Positions 39,623 through 61,199 of a DNA stretch of 64,000 nucleotides are shown here, piece by piece. Numbering within the stretch: the first letter of the stretch is position 1; each line of letters starts with the position of its first letter. Origin of the DNA: the human T2T-CHM13v2.0 reference genome, Homo sapiens. The notes beneath the pieces were generated by a model. It was not told the origin of the DNA. It worked only from the letters and a program-made list of their open reading frames with translations, and did not search any database. Position numbers and translations under genes: made by a program. The stretch is taken from the NCBI RefSeq assembly GCF_009914755.1, contig NC_060934.1, one strand, 5' to 3'.

Positions 39623-40589
39623 TAGATCCCTCCAGATGGTCCAATCTTGTGCACTAGCACAATAGGCAATAACTCTTGATATTGAATCAGCATGCTAGTC
39701 ATTTACATAATCTCTTTCAAATACACCTTCATCATCTAAGTGTGCTTCTTTTCTTTTTTTCTTTTCTTTTTTTTAAGGACAGGATCTCACTCTATTGCCC
39801 AGGCTGGAATGCAGTGGTGCGATCACAGTTCACTGCAGCCTCAATCTCCTGGGCTCAAGTGATCCTCCCACTGAACTTCCTGAATAGCTGGCACTACAGG
39901 CACATACCACCATGTTCGGCTAATTTTTAAAAATATTTTTTATAGAGATGGTTTCTTGCTATGGTACCCAAGCTGGCTTCAAACTCCTGGCCTCAAGCAA
40001 TCCTCCTGCCTTGGCCTCCAAAAGTGCTGGAATTACAGGTGTGAGGCACAATGTCTGGCCCTAAGTGTGTTTCTAATGCCATTCCAAATACCCTATTTGG
40101 AGTATTTTCTGTCAATTCTCCAGCACACCTGGGGAATCAAAATAAAGAAGGTGCTAATCACAGTTATTACTGGGAACCCTAAAACATTTTTCTGCATTTC
40201 TGGGTCTCCTCACATAGTCCTCACTTCCTGTAGCACCTCTATGGCAGTCCTGCACATCTTCACTTGATGGTGGGGCATAATGGGCAGGATAGTGATAAGC
40301 TCAAATGTACAGTTTCATCCCCATCCCAGCCACAGAGCCTCGAATTGGTTTCTGATTCCATACAACCTTAGAGGTTAAATCTCTAATTCCTTACAAAAGC
40401 CAGATTTACAGGAATAAATCTCAATAGTAACTACAAAGAAATCTGTACACTGGTTTCTGTGTTGTCCCTCTTAAAGATGGCAATATTGCAAGGTGGCTAA
40501 ATATTAAAAGGAATAAAGAATGCTCACTGGCAAAAGGCTTTTAAAGTATGTTCCCTCTATCAACGCACAAGCATTCATACTATACTCAC

Positions 40590-40760
40590 CTGGCACATGG
40601 ACACAAGTAAACGTTCAAAATGTCCTGATGTATCTGACCTAATGTCCTTTTCAAGGTCTCGTCCAAATTCTGACTGATAACATCTGACAATTTCTCGGAT
40701 TTCCTGATTTGTTCTTGTGCACAAAATCTCAATCAATACACGTTCCTGAGTTCCTGCTCC
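40590..40760 (-). CDS. ANXA7: ANXA7 exon 10 ([13 protein letters not shown]...LLVSMCQ)
   Basis: atgtag|GGA ... CAG|gtgagt; 171 nt. Confidence 0.97.
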
Positions 40761-40991
40761 CTACATGAAATGAAGGGAAGATTATACAAAGAAAAATGAA
40801 ATTTCTGCAAGTAATTAAATCTTCGTCAAATATTTCTTTGTTCTGTAGAACTAAAAACTATATATTCAGATGGATGATGTGAAATAAAGAATTGCTTTAA
40901 TTACCACTGTAAATTCAGAACTGTCATAATTTGTACGGTTTTACATATGAAATAGGACAAAATATTCATAATAAATGACATATAGTAGTAC

Positions 40992-41105
40992 CTGCATTGC
41001 TTTCCGTAAGCTCCAGGCATCGTAATACGTAGGAGGCATGAAGAGGGCCAGGATCAGTTCTTCCATATTTCCACTTAACTCTGATTTGAGATCTTTGATT
41101 AAATC
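40992..41105 (-). CDS. ANXA7: ANXA7 exon 9 (DLIKDLKSELSG...LRKAMQ)
   Basis: aatag|GAT ... CAG|gtacta; 114 nt. Confidence 0.97.
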
Positions 41106-41348
41106 CTATTTAATCACAAATACAAGCTAAGTATATGTGTTCTCCAAATTTTGTCACTTAAATCTTTTAAGGAAAATACAAAAAAAGAAATGGAATTGCT
41201 TTATAAAAACCTAAATTTGAAAGCTGAATGTTAATATACTAAGAAGTAAATAAAGGCCAGGCGCGGTGGCTCATGCCTGTAATCCCAGCACTTTGGGAGG
41301 TCAAGGCAGGAGGATCATGAGGTCAGGAGATCAAGACCATCCTGGTTA

Positions 41349-41651
<303 letters not shown>

Positions 41652-44249
41652 TTAATAAAATCTTATTCCACTCTACCAGGTACAAAAACAAGGGATATAT
41701 GAAACAAAGAATTATTCAAACTGACAAAATGATAAACAGATATTTACTTAGTAAAAGGAACTGTTCTTGGTTCTATGAGGAAGTAGAAACCATTATCATC
41801 TTGTTCTTATTTGTTTTTTGTTGTTATTTTTTTTGAGACAGAGTCTCGCTCTGTGGCCCAGGCTGGAATGCAGTGGTGTGATCTCGGCTAACTGCAACCT
41901 CTGCCTCCTGGGTTCAAGCGCTTCTCCTTCCTCAGCCCCCTGAGTAGCTGGGACTACAGGCACATCCCACCACGCCAGGCTAATTTTTGTATTTTTAGTA
42001 GAGATGGGGTTTCACATGTTGGCCAGGCTGGTCTTGAATGCCTGACCCCAAGTGATACACCCGCCTTGGCCTCCCGAAGTGCTGGCATTACACACATGAA
42101 CCACTGTGCCCAGCCGATATTGTTCTTATTTGGAAAGATACACATCTAAAAAAAAAATAATGTAAGGTAACCTGTACTCTAGCACTGGGTAAGTAGCATA
42201 GAAATAAGTAATAGAGAAAGTTGAAACAGAAAAAGTTCAAAGTCAGCTGGAGAGCTCAGAGAAAAATGTAAAAATTAGCATGCAAAGACGAAGGAGAAAG
42301 GTATTTCAGGTAAGAAGGAACACCACCAAGGAACAGAGAAGGGGTTCCCAGCCTTGACTCTTCATTACATTCATTGTGGAGCTTTAAAAAAAAAAAGAAA
42401 AACATTGATGTCCAGGACTAAGACTCAGAGATTCTGTGTATTTTTAAGTTTTAAAGGAAATTACGATGTTCAGTTAAGGTTGAGAATTACTCGTATAGAG
42501 CCAAGAATGAGCAAAGCTTGTTCAATGGAACAATAAGACAACCGGTTTTGCTACAGAGGAAGGTTTTCATAATAGATGAGTTAAAACAAAGTTGTAACTA
42601 AATCTTGGATTATTACACTGAATGCCAAGCTAAAGAATATGGACTTGATTCTGTTTGCTGGGAGGAACCACTGGAAACTTTTCATGCAAGAAAATGGCAC
42701 TGATGTAGCAACAATATTCAGAATGGATGATGGTGACAAAGAAGCTATAGATGAAAACATTTAGGCTACTGGAATATTTAGTTAAGAGGTAATAAAGTCT
42801 TGGACTTGAATGGTAACAATGGAAATGAGAAGGAACAAAGTAGACAAAAGAAACATTTTAAAGGGCCATTTTATAGATTAGATCAATAAAAACTAGTAAA
42901 TAACCAACTGCTAGGACAAAGCATACAGAATACTCCCTATGATAAAAGAAAAACATGGACTCAAAGATGACTATAGCAGGCTAGAAAAACAGTGTTTTAC
43001 TAATTAGGAAGTTAAGAAAAGAGGTGGCTAGTGGTACGGAAATTAGATTGTTAGTTTTAATTCTAAAGCAATATATAAAAAAACTTGAGACAGCATTGTG
43101 CAGACTAGATAAAAAATTCATAACATGGAAAATATCTTTGTGAGAATAGTGAGTCTGATGTTGAAGCTTAAGGAGATCTAGGGTTTGTGTTGCATAATCA
43201 GTCACTGGGCTGGGCAGACAGGGAAAGGCAAAATAGAATAAGCAAGGTGGGACCAATCAATGGACCACTACCCCATTCTGAGAAATATAAACTAGATGCA
43301 GAGAACATTAGGATATTTTTAGGATTCCTATCTAAATGGCAAAGCAGGTCAGGCGTGGTGGCTCATGCCTGTAATCCCAGCACTTTGGGAGGCCAAGGCA
43401 GGCAGATCACATGAGGCCAAGAGTTTGAGACCACACTTGCTAACATGGCAAAATCCCGTCTCTACTAAAAGTACAAAAATTAGCTGGGTGTGGTGGCAGA
43501 CACCTATAATTCCAGCTACTCGAGAGGCTGAGGCACGAAAATCGCTCTTGCCTGGAAAGTGGAGGCTGCAGTGAGCGGAGATCATGCCACTGCACTCCAG
43601 CCTTTTGAGACTCTGTCTCAAAAAAAAGTAAAAAAAAAAAAAAAAAAAGCAAAGCAGTGCTATCCATGTTTTCCCATTACATCTGAGGAACAATGGCATT
43701 TTTTAGCCATAGAATCTTGTTGGATTTAGAAACTGATCATCCATTCAACAAGTACTAAGTGGCTACTTGCCATTATATACTTGGTACTGTAATACAAAGA
43801 TGACTATGACCATGGTTTGTCCTATGGGAGCTCAGTTTTTGGGGGTGGGCCGTGAGATTAGTAATAACAGAGGTTTTACAAAGTGCTATGGGACTACAGT
43901 ATTAAGAAGCAGCTAAATTCTGTCCAGACTAATGAAAGAAACTTCAGAGTAGCTGATATTTAAGCCAAATCTTAAAGAAGTTTGCCATGAAAAAAAGAAA
44001 AGGTATTCAAGGCCAGGAGAATGGCATGTACACAACACAGAAGCATAAAAGATCATGGCGTGTACAGAGAATGGCAAGCATTTCCATATTATTTTTTTTT
44101 GAGACAGCGTCTTGTTCTGTCACCTAGGCTACAGTGCAGTAACACAATCACAGCTCACTAACAGCCTGACTTCCTGGGCTCAAGCAATCTTTCTACCTCA
44201 GCCTCCCAAGCAGCTGGGACTATGGACACACGCCACCACGCCCAGCTAA

Positions 44250-44393
<144 letters not shown>

Positions 44394-44647
44394 TAATTTT
44401 AACATAGGACACGTTTAGAGAAAGGGAGAGAAGCAGAAGGCGATGCCCAGGACCAAGAATAAACAAGGGCTATGTAATAAGCCTTGAATCCCACTGTAAC
44501 AGGCAGAAGACTGAGAACCATCCTCTTGATCATGATTGTAGTTGTGATCTACTTTCTACTGAATGTCTATCACATATGTGACTGGGGTAAGGTATGATTA
44601 TGAGATCAAGGACTACTCTAGAATGAAAAAGCCTTTTAAGAGAAATA

Positions 44648-45561
<914 letters not shown>

Positions 45562-45726
45562 TGAGGTCATCTCTTAGAATGCTTACAAGGCACTAGACAT
45601 CAGATTAAATCCAGGTATGCGCACCCAGGCTGACACATAAACTTGGGTTTATGAGATAAGGTTTATTTTTACTTTAGAACTGATTACTTTAACTTATTAA
45701 AAAAGACAAAAATTTGTTTTCCTTAC

Positions 45727-45829
45727 CAAAACCCTTCATTGCCTTACGAAGAATTTCTGCATCTCTTATAGCATCGAAGTTGGCAGCTGGTCGGATAGTT
45801 CCTTGAGTGACCTGAGTCACTGTGGCAGG
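45727..45829 (-). CDS. ANXA7: ANXA7 exon 7 (PATVTQ...LRKAMKGF(G))
   Basis: ttttcag|CCT ... TTTG|gtaagg; 103 nt; start of annexin repeat I. Confidence 0.97.
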
Positions 45830-46329
45830 CTGAAAATAAAAGGCATAAAATCCGTGTCAGCATTTCCAGTAAGTTTCTAATGAGGAAACTTAAAGACTTC
45901 CCCAGACATCAATCTTAAGTAAGAAGGCCAATGTTTGGGTTTTAAGGCAAGGATATGAGCATTTTATTACCAGAGCTCATTATGGAACAGACAGGAAAGA
46001 CCTATCCCCCTTCAGGACAGATTTTTCTCCTGCCAACAGATAGCCAGACACCAAACTTCCAGGAGACAAGATGGCCAAACTTGTGAAATTAAAGTCACAA
46101 TCTTACTATAGTTTCCTTTTTGGTAGAATAGGAAGAAAAAAGAAGACTGATCCCTGAATGGTGTGAGATGAGCGACAATGTTTGATTTAAAAACAGAAGA
46201 ATATAAAATGGCTTTAGTGAAGTAGCACATGAATGCCCAGTGAGATTTCAAACCAGCAATATAATTTTAGTAATCTCTCTTAATTTCCTATATGGACCCT
46301 GATTATTATACATGAAATAAATCTATATG

Positions 46330-47000
46330 AAAATTAAAAATTGCCATTTAGCAAATACTATGGTAGTAACTGTTTCAGGCAAGAATCAACAGTGGGTGCT
46401 AAAATTAGGTGGCAAAAGTATAAAGAAACAGGATATTTGTATAACCTATAACATTATAGCAGAGAAACCTTGCAGGCACCAACTTAAATGATCAAAATTA
46501 ATTATCACCAGTAATGGAATAAGTCAATAATAAGTGTCTCCTGATATGATGCACTGGGGGCACAAAATCATTTCTGTGGTACTCTTGCCAAAAAGGCATG
46601 ACCTGGATTTAACCATGAGAAAATATCAGACAAACCCAAATTAAGAAATATTTTATAAAATAACTGACAGTGTTCTTCAAAAGCATCAAGGGCATGAACA
46701 ACAAAGACTGAGGAACTATTTCAGATTAAAGGAGACTTAAGAGACATGACAATAAATACAACATTGCATTCTGGATTTGATCCTGAACCAGAAAAAGGAC
46801 ATCATTGAGACAACTGGTGAAACTGAAATAAGGTCTGTAGGTTGGGTAACAGTACTATATCGATGTTATTTCCTGATTTTGATCATTGCATTGTGTTTAT
46901 GTAGGAAGTTAACATTTGGAGAATCTGAGTAAAGGGTATATACAAATTATTTGTACTATTTTGCAAGTCTAAAATTATGTCAAAATTAAAAGATAAAACA
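46330..47000 (+). mobile_element. Ancient L1MC-like 3' fragment
   Basis: atcagacaaacccaaattaag...gacatgacaataaatacaa...gatcctgaaccagaaaaaggacat. Confidence 0.65.
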
Positions 47001-47044
47001 ATTTAAAATACAAAGCTATGAAATAATTCAATAGTTTCCCCCAA

Positions 47045-48108
47045 TTTTTTATTTTTTAGAGATAGGCTCTCACTCTGTTGTTCAGGCTGGAGTGCAGTGG
47101 CACAAACATAGCTCACAGTAACCTTGAATTCCTGAGCCCAAGCAATCCTCCTGCCTCAGCCTCCTGAGTAGCTAGCACTACAGCCATGTGCCACCATGCC
47201 CAGCTAATTTCTTACTTTTGTAGAGACGGGGGTCTTGCTATGTTGCCCAGGCTGGTATCGAATTCTTGGCCTCAAGTGATCCCCCTGCCTTGGCCTCCCA
47301 AAGTGCTGGAATTACAGGTGTGCGGCCAGCCCAGAATAATTCAAGAAGTTTCTTAGGGTGTTCAAGTCAGGGCTTAAGAGGGATGGGATGAAGATGATGC
47401 TCCACTACTTTTTAAAAAAATTTTAATTGTAACAACACATTTCTTGTATGTTTGAATGTTGACCTAAAATAAAGATTACTGTTGTAAAATAAGTGTTTTC
47501 ACTGCAGAAAACACACATATACACACACACAGTTTATTTAATCCAATACCTCCAAAGTATTATCATTTAAACATGCAATCAATACCATTTCAAAATAAAA
47601 GATGATTCAATGCTTTTTAGACAACAGAAACTGTATTTAAAGTTATACACATTGAATACAGCAGTACACCAGCATTTGTGGGGGCAAAGCAACTGAGGAG
47701 ATGAGAACAAGCCCCATCTTTCAGCAGCTTTTCAAGATAACACTTTTATGGGTCAATAGCTCCTCCCACTCATATATATTTTTACTCCAACATTTTCTTC
47801 TACCAGTAAGCCTTAGCATCCATCCTCTACTAGTTTCCAAGCTAGGGCTGTAAGCAGAGAACTAACAAATATACCTATAGTGGTTTTAATAGAAAGCCAA
47901 AATTATTCTACTTGTAGCAAATAGTCGAGTATAAAAAAATTTTATAAGCCTTCATGTCTCAAGAAACTAAGTTTCCTTTGATGTAACCGCTGTCACTAAA
48001 ATCCTAAATAGGACAGAAGCCATTGTTTCTAATACACTGGAATAGATAAACTAACCCTCACTGTGTACCATTTGATGATTCTCATTTTCTGTGATTCTCT
48101 TTTGTAAA

Positions 48109-48141
<33 letters not shown>

Positions 48142-49067
48142 TATATATACACACACACACATATATATATATTGATTTCATATTTCATCTGTAGGGAAAA
48201 ATTTTTTTGATGTATTCTCTGCCGAAAGTCTAAGTTTGAAGTAAATTTTCAAGAATACTGTCATCTTCCAGGCATTAAACTGAATTCAAAGAAATCAGGA
48301 TCTGGGCTGGGCACAGTGGCTCATGCCTGTAATCCCAGCACTTCGGGAGGTCGAGGCAGGTGGATCACGAGGTCAAGAGATTGAGACCATCCTGGCCAAC
48401 ATGGTGAAACCCTGTCTCTACTACAAATACAAAAATGCTGGGCGTGGTGGTGCGCACCTGTAGTCCCAGCTACTCAGGAGGCTGAGGCAGGAGAATCACT
48501 TGAACCCGGGAGGCGGAGGTTGCAGTGACCCCAGATCGCGCCACTGCACACTCTAGCCTGGCAACAGAGTGAGACTCTGTCTCTTAAAAAAAAAAAAAAA
48601 AAGAGAGAAATCAGGATCTGTGTTCTTGAGGTTAAATTCTAGGGGAGAGTTCTCAGCAAAATCTGCTACCAGAAGTTCCAACCTTTGCTATTCTTCTTTA
48701 ATGCCCATTTGATTCCAACCTTCTTGCTGAAAAACTATCATAGAGCTGGGCACAGTGGCTCACATCTGCAACTCCAGCATTTTGGGAGGCTGAGGCAGGA
48801 GGATCGCTTGAGCCCAGGAGTTCAAGACCAGCCTGGGCAACACAGCAAAACCTTCATCTTTACCAAAAATTAAAAAATTAGGTGGGCATGCTGGTGCACA
48901 ACTATAGTCCCAGTTACTCAGGAGGCTGATGCAGGAGGATCGCTTGAGCCCAGCATTTCCAGGCTGCAGTGAGCTTTGATCACGCCACTGTACTCCAGCC
49001 TGACCCGAGCAGCAGAGTGAGGCCCTGACTCAAAATTGAACAAACAAATGAAACAACAACAACAACA
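47045..49067. mobile_element. Alus (- 47045-47332; + 48305-48602; + 48743-49067)
   Basis: Alu consensus. Confidence 0.88.
48108..48172. repeat. (TA)n/(CA)n microsatellite
   Basis: Direct inspection. Confidence 0.9.
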
Positions 49068-49367
49068 AGACTATAACAGAATTAGAGAACTGGATCAATC
49101 AGGAGGGATAAACTGGCCCAACTTCCCATCTAAGACAAAAATTTTTTTTACACCTTCCTTGATACACACAGACACATCCATACTCAACATCAACCAAAAT
49201 CTGCCTGTGGACTTTCAGTGACAAGAAGCTCACCCCTCACAGGGTAGCCTATTTCACTTCCATCTAAAAGCTCTTCCAAAATCTAACACTCTGCATTCTG
49301 TTAACTTCTACCTACTGGTTTTAGTTCCAGCTTAAGGTGGTAATTGTTGCATAAAATAAGTTGCATA

Positions 49368-52288
<2,921 letters not shown>

Positions 52289-52903
52289 AAAATAAGTTGC
52301 ATAAGTACATGTGATTTACTTTTAGTGTTTCATGTTTAAAAGTCATTCATATTCAGTCGTAAAATGATTTCTCTAAAATTATATGCATGCTTAAACTAAA
52401 ATCAAAATTTTCATAACAAAAGTGATTACAGGTTTATAATATGATTGGCAAACAACTTCAACAATGAAAAAAAGGACTGAAAGCAACTTACTACATGCTT
52501 GGGAGGAGTATCATTTACTGTATCAGCAAAGCAACTTTGTATAAGAGAGAGACCGCTGGTCTAGAAGGCAGAAGATATAGACTAGAATCTTCTCAGCTTT
52601 GTCCTTCACTAGTTGTGTTGCCCTAGACAAGTTTCTCAACCTCTCTGGAGCTCACATACCTCAAATCAGGAAAGTGAGCTAAAAAAATCACTAAGATGTT
52701 TCTCTTCCAATACTAGAATCCTTCTCCTACCCCAGCCTAAAACAAGCTTGAAAATGCTAGACATTCATGAATATCCAATATAGAAATCAATAAGAAAATC
52801 AAAATAAAAGTAAGCATCAAGTATACTGCTTATTTTGTTCCTAGTAACTTGCATAGGCTATAAAAAAATTAACAAGGTAATTTAAGAATAAAATTTGGGA
52901 TTA

Positions 52904-53290
<387 letters not shown>

Positions 53291-53458
53291 CTAACTGGCT
53301 ACTATGTCTAAAGCCCTACCTATTATTACAGGAACACAAAGATAAAATAGATACAGGTGAGCCCTTAAGAAGTAGTGAGAGACAAGTACATGAGAATCAG
53401 AAACAAAGGCACATATAAAGGACCTAGTGATTAGTAAACATTAGAAAACCTTACTCAC

Positions 53459-53524
53459 TTCACTGCTATAATCCAAAGAAACAGGAGAGAAAACAGGATA
53501 GGAAGAAAAAGAATCTGTATTGAT
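53459..53524 (-). CDS. ANXA7: ANXA7 cassette exon 6 (INTDSFSSYPVFSPVSLDYSSE), long-isoform specific
   Basis: tttcag|ATC ... GAA|gtgagt; 66 nt, phase 0-0; accounts for the known 488 vs 466 aa isoforms. Confidence 0.95.
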
Positions 53525-53933
53525 CTGAAAAAAGAGTGAAAAGTTATAAAGGTAAAAATGGGAAACAAAACCACCCTACATAAATCACTGTCAGAAATAC
53601 CAATCACCCAGCCACCCAAATTCATAGGTGTAACTGCTGGTAAGGGCAAGGAAGAGGAAAAAGAACTAAAACCAAGACCCCAGGTTAATCTCCAGGATAA
53701 AGTTGTGAGAATCATTACCTATGAGAATAGACCTATGCTTGTCTTCTCAAAGTCATCAGGACACTATTAAAGCAGATGGACCAAAGAAAGTATGGAGTCT
53801 ATCAGAAGTAAAGACTTTAGTCTTCCATTACTATAATGGGCCATTTCCTCCGACCCATGGAAACCTCAGCAAAGGATAGGTTCCTTCTTTATCTAGCTAC
53901 CTAGAGTGAGCTTAAAAGGTAGGAACAAAATAC

Positions 53934-53998
53934 CTGACTAGGGTAAGTAGGTTGTCCTCCAGGATACTGAGAAGGCATCTGTCCTCCAGGAAAGCCAC
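53934..53998 (-). CDS. ANXA7: ANXA7 exon 5 ((G)GFPGGQMPSQYPGGQPTYPSQ)
   Basis: cattatag|GT ... CAG|gtattt; 65 nt, phase 1-0. Confidence 0.96.
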
Positions 53999-54578
53999 CT
54001 ATAATGTTAAAAAAAATAATAATAATACGGCAACAGGTCTTACATGTTTTAATTTTTCAAAACAGCATTGATGACTATGAATATGGAAACATACAAGAAC
54101 ATTCACACTATGATACTTATGAGGATAGTTTTTAAAAATATAATTTACTGAATCTAAAACCAACTTTGGTCATAAGAACCTTTTTAATATTCCATGTTCT
54201 ACATAAGATCCTCATAAATAATACTTTTTTCACACTTGAATCAGATTAAATTCTGAGTCCACCTGGAATGGTTGTCAGAATACAGTTCTGGGGGTGGTTT
54301 TACTATTGGTACAGGAGTGGGCAGAGAAGTTCCTGAAGGCTTCCTTTTGGCTTTGGGACAGATTTTTTTAATAGAAAAAGTGTGACTTTATCTCTATTTT
54401 ACTGATTAAACTTTTCCATCAATTTAATATATTTCATAAAACCATTATGTTTAAAATTATTTATGGAAATATAAACATTTATTGCAGATTATCTCAAATA
54501 TAAACTAAGTTCCCTCAATGGTGATTTAAAAACTCAAAATATCATGATACTGTTTTTTTCTGGACAGCTGGTACCTAC

Positions 54579-54689
54579 CAGGTAGTGGAACCTGTGCTGG
54601 ACCACCTCCATAAGACTGTGAAGGTGGCTGTGGATACCCAGAAAAGCCTGCTCCACCTGGTGGGACTCCAAATCCTTGGCCTGGAGGAA
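54579..54689 (-). CDS. ANXA7: ANXA7 exon 4 ((V)PPGQGFG...QVPLP(G))
   Basis: tctctag|TT ... CCTG|gtaggt; 111 nt, phase 1-1. Confidence 0.96.
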
Positions 54690-54894
54690 CTAGAGAAAAG
54701 AACATGTCAATAAACTATAGTACAGTTCTCATGATTGCAGAAAAAACTTTAGAAAAATATCTATTGTTAACAGTGGAAAAATATGCTATTAATGCTATAA
54801 TAGCAGTCCCTGTTTATCTAGATTCAAAACTTCAAATTCTCCAGTAAAAAATAAGTTTTTAAATTTTTACCTTATATATTTATTTATTTTTTGA

Positions 54895-55200
<306 letters not shown>

Positions 55201-55595
55201 TAACTTAAAATACAAAAGGGCTAAGGTTTTTTTGTTGTTTTTTGGGGTCTTTTTTACCTTTGAATAAAGCTGACCTAAAGGTCACAGTCTTGCTAATTGA
55301 AATGTCTTAATCAGGTCTTAAGACTACAAACAAGCAAAGTGTTACATATTGGTCCTTTATTGCCATGAAATTTATTCCAAGTCCCTTCACAGTGGAATTT
55401 TTGAAACTGCTCCCAGCTTTCATGTCCCCAGAGAATCTTCATCCCTCCATCTTGCCAGCTAGGTCCTTACTACCTAAGGTTACCTAAGAGCGACTTGACC
55501 TTATACAAAACAAGCAGGAATGAAGAGGATAAAGGGAGAAGGAAAAAGTGCTACAGCAATCCCAATCATTACTAATTCCGCAACCCGTAACTCAC

Positions 55596-55800
55596 CTCCG
55601 GGATAGGATGGAGCTCCCCCTGGCTGTGGGGCACCAGGATAGCCTCCAGGGGCTGGATAACCTCCAGGCGCAGGGTAGCCTCCAGCTCCTGGGTAGCCAC
55701 TACTTGGCACTTGTGGGTAGGCACCTCCTCCCATTGGAGGAAAGCCACTAGGATAAGGATACTGACCAGAAGGGGGAAAAGATGACTCCTGACCTGCAGG
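55596..55800 (-). CDS. ANXA7: ANXA7 exon 3 (PAGQESS...GAPSYPG), GYP-rich N-terminal domain
   Basis: ttttcag|CCT ... GGAG|gtgagt; 205 nt, phase 0-1. Confidence 0.97.
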
Positions 55801-56309
55801 CTGAAAAATCAGAATAATTTTTAAACAAATACGATCATAGAGAAATATGACCCATCTAAAAATAAGGAACAAACAGAGGTTATTATTAAGGTCTACCTCA
55901 TTCTTTTACTTTTTAAAAGTCCCATTAGAAATCCTGGTATCTTATACTAGTTTATCAGTATACCAGTTTGTAAGGACACTTGTTTGTCAGAATTCAGTTA
56001 AATTTAATTCTACTTGAGTCAGGCAAGAGGGGTCTGCTTCTCTATTTGGGAGTCAGAACAGGATTCTTTACAAACCTCAAGGTTTTAAGAAAAAAAAAAA
56101 ACTCATCAGTTCCTTCATTTTCCCAGCATCTACAAATATGAGAAAGATCCTCCTCTATATCCTAAACAGAGGAATTTGAGGCTTTCTTGCAACACATCTG
56201 GATCTGTTACATAATATTTAAAAATAAAAAAGGTAACCTGTATATCACATCACACACCGGATGTGACATTTTGGACTTCATGGTTCAGAGCAGCAATATG
56301 CAGAGTGGC

Positions 56310-56755
56310 AGAGATTGTTGCATGTTCACTGAACTCTTTCTCCCCAGGCCACAAAGCTATACAGACTACACTTCCCAGACCCCCTTGCAGTTAGGTCGAA
56401 CCACATGAATGAATATCAGTAAATGAACATAGACAAAAGTGAGATACACCACTTTCTAAACCTGTCCCCTAAAAACCTCTGGCAAATCCTCCATGCTCTC
56501 TCTCTTCCTTCATCTGCCACCCATAAGCAGAGGATCCAGTGGAGGACTCCAAAGTGCTAAAGGATGGTAGGATCAGAATAAGGAAGGAGCCTGGAAACCC
56601 AAAACACTGCATGAAACAAAGCCTCGTCCCACCCACCCCCTATCCTCCACTGACGTCCAGGAAACTGAAGAAAGAAATACATTTGTTTTTTCATCGTGTT
56701 AAGTCACTGAGATTTGGGAGTTGTCTGTTTTAGCAATTAGCCTACACTGACTGAA
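56310..56755. mobile_element. MLT1 (MaLR) LTR remnant
   Basis: gactacacttcccagacc...ttgcagttagg and gtgttaagtcactgagatttgggagttg are MLT1-like. Confidence 0.6.
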
Positions 56756-57207
56756 ATAGTTACTACAGTCCTGTTTAATACATAGGGACTTGGGAACATA
56801 TCCATAATTCTCATCTCTCCTATGATAAATTCACGAGAGCTATATAATCACTTTGCATAAGGATACATATTATCATAAACTTGTATAGACCCCTCTTCCT
56901 ATTCTCCCAGGGTTAGATAGCAGCCCCACAGTTATGAGTATAAAACCAAAATGTGGGCTGGGCTAAGTGGCTCATGCCTGTAATCCCAGCGCTTTGGGAG
57001 GCCGAGGTGGGCGGATCACGAGGTCAGGAGATTGAGGCCATCCTGGCCAACATTGTGAAACCCCATCTCTACTAAAAATACAAAACCTAGCTGGGCGTGG
57101 TGGCACGTACCTGTAATCCCAGCTACTCAGGAGGCTGAGGCAGGAGAATCGCTTGAACCCCAGGAGACGGAGGTTGCAGTGAGTCGAGATCACACCACTG
57201 CACTCTA

Positions 57208-57601
<394 letters not shown>

Positions 57602-58217
57602 TTACTTATGGCTCAGCTCTTAGTCCTCAGAGTAGTATAGCTATCAACAAGGTGGAACTTAGTAGCACATTTATAAAACGTACTCCAAGTCTAAGAACTA
57701 CAAATCCACTGCAATTTATCTCTGGGTCTAGCCAAGCCGTTAATTATTTTAAACATTCTAACACAAAGGTTAAGATGCAGTGATATTATGACTCAAGGGC
57801 ATTAAAAAAAAGAAAAAGAACCAGTGATTCATGGGATGGATTTTGCTTACATCCATGTTTTACTGGCTCATACAGCAGTTAACATTTTTTAAAACTAACT
57901 CCTAAATTTTGAACCTTTGGGCAATTTCACATAGAACCCAAGTTTCTGGCTTTACTTGAAGGGCTGGAGTATCTAGCAACGCTGAGTGTGCCTCCCTCCA
58001 TGGCTACACAGGGCTGGTGCTAAGCACCTGCCAGCTTTCAATAGACAAAGCAAGACCTCTCTAGTCCCCCACACAATTGCCTTTCCTCACTTCTACGTAG
58101 TACCTCTGAGCATCTGAATTTATGACCCCTGCTCAAGCATATCTGTAAGATCTGACATGGGCCAGTCCCAAACAACACCTGTTTTAAGGATGTGAGGTAT
58201 TAAGTGGCAATACTTAC

Positions 58218-58271
58218 AGGATATCCAGGGAAAGGTGGGTAGCCTGTTGGGGGATAGCCTGGGTATGACAT
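58218..58271 (-). CDS. ANXA7: Annexin A7 first coding exon (MSYPGYPPTGYPPFPGYP); exon starts at 58272
   Basis: Acceptor gttacag|A ATG and donor CCT|gtaagt; 54 nt. Confidence 0.97.
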
Positions 58272-58304
58272 TCTGTAACAACAATAAAAAATGTCCTCTG
58301 TAAG

Positions 58305-60932
<2,628 letters not shown>

Positions 60933-61199
60933 AACCACATAGTACTTCAGTGTGTGGATGTATCATGGCTTATTCAATGGCAGACATCTGAGTTATTTCT
61001 AGTCTTTTAACTATTACAGTCTTGCAATGAACAGCCATGTACAAGTACCTCTCTGTATATTTTGCCAATACTATCTTCGGGGAAGATTCCTAGAAATGGC
61101 ATTGCTGAGAAGGGGTAAAGGTGAATGTGATACTGCCCAATTCCCCTCCAGAGGGGCTGTACCAATTTGCATTTTCACCAGCACTGCCAACAGAATTTT

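Noticed and set aside
55620-55700. 18-nt GGYPAP repeats in ANXA7
   Set aside because: Well-known feature of the annexin A7 N-terminus
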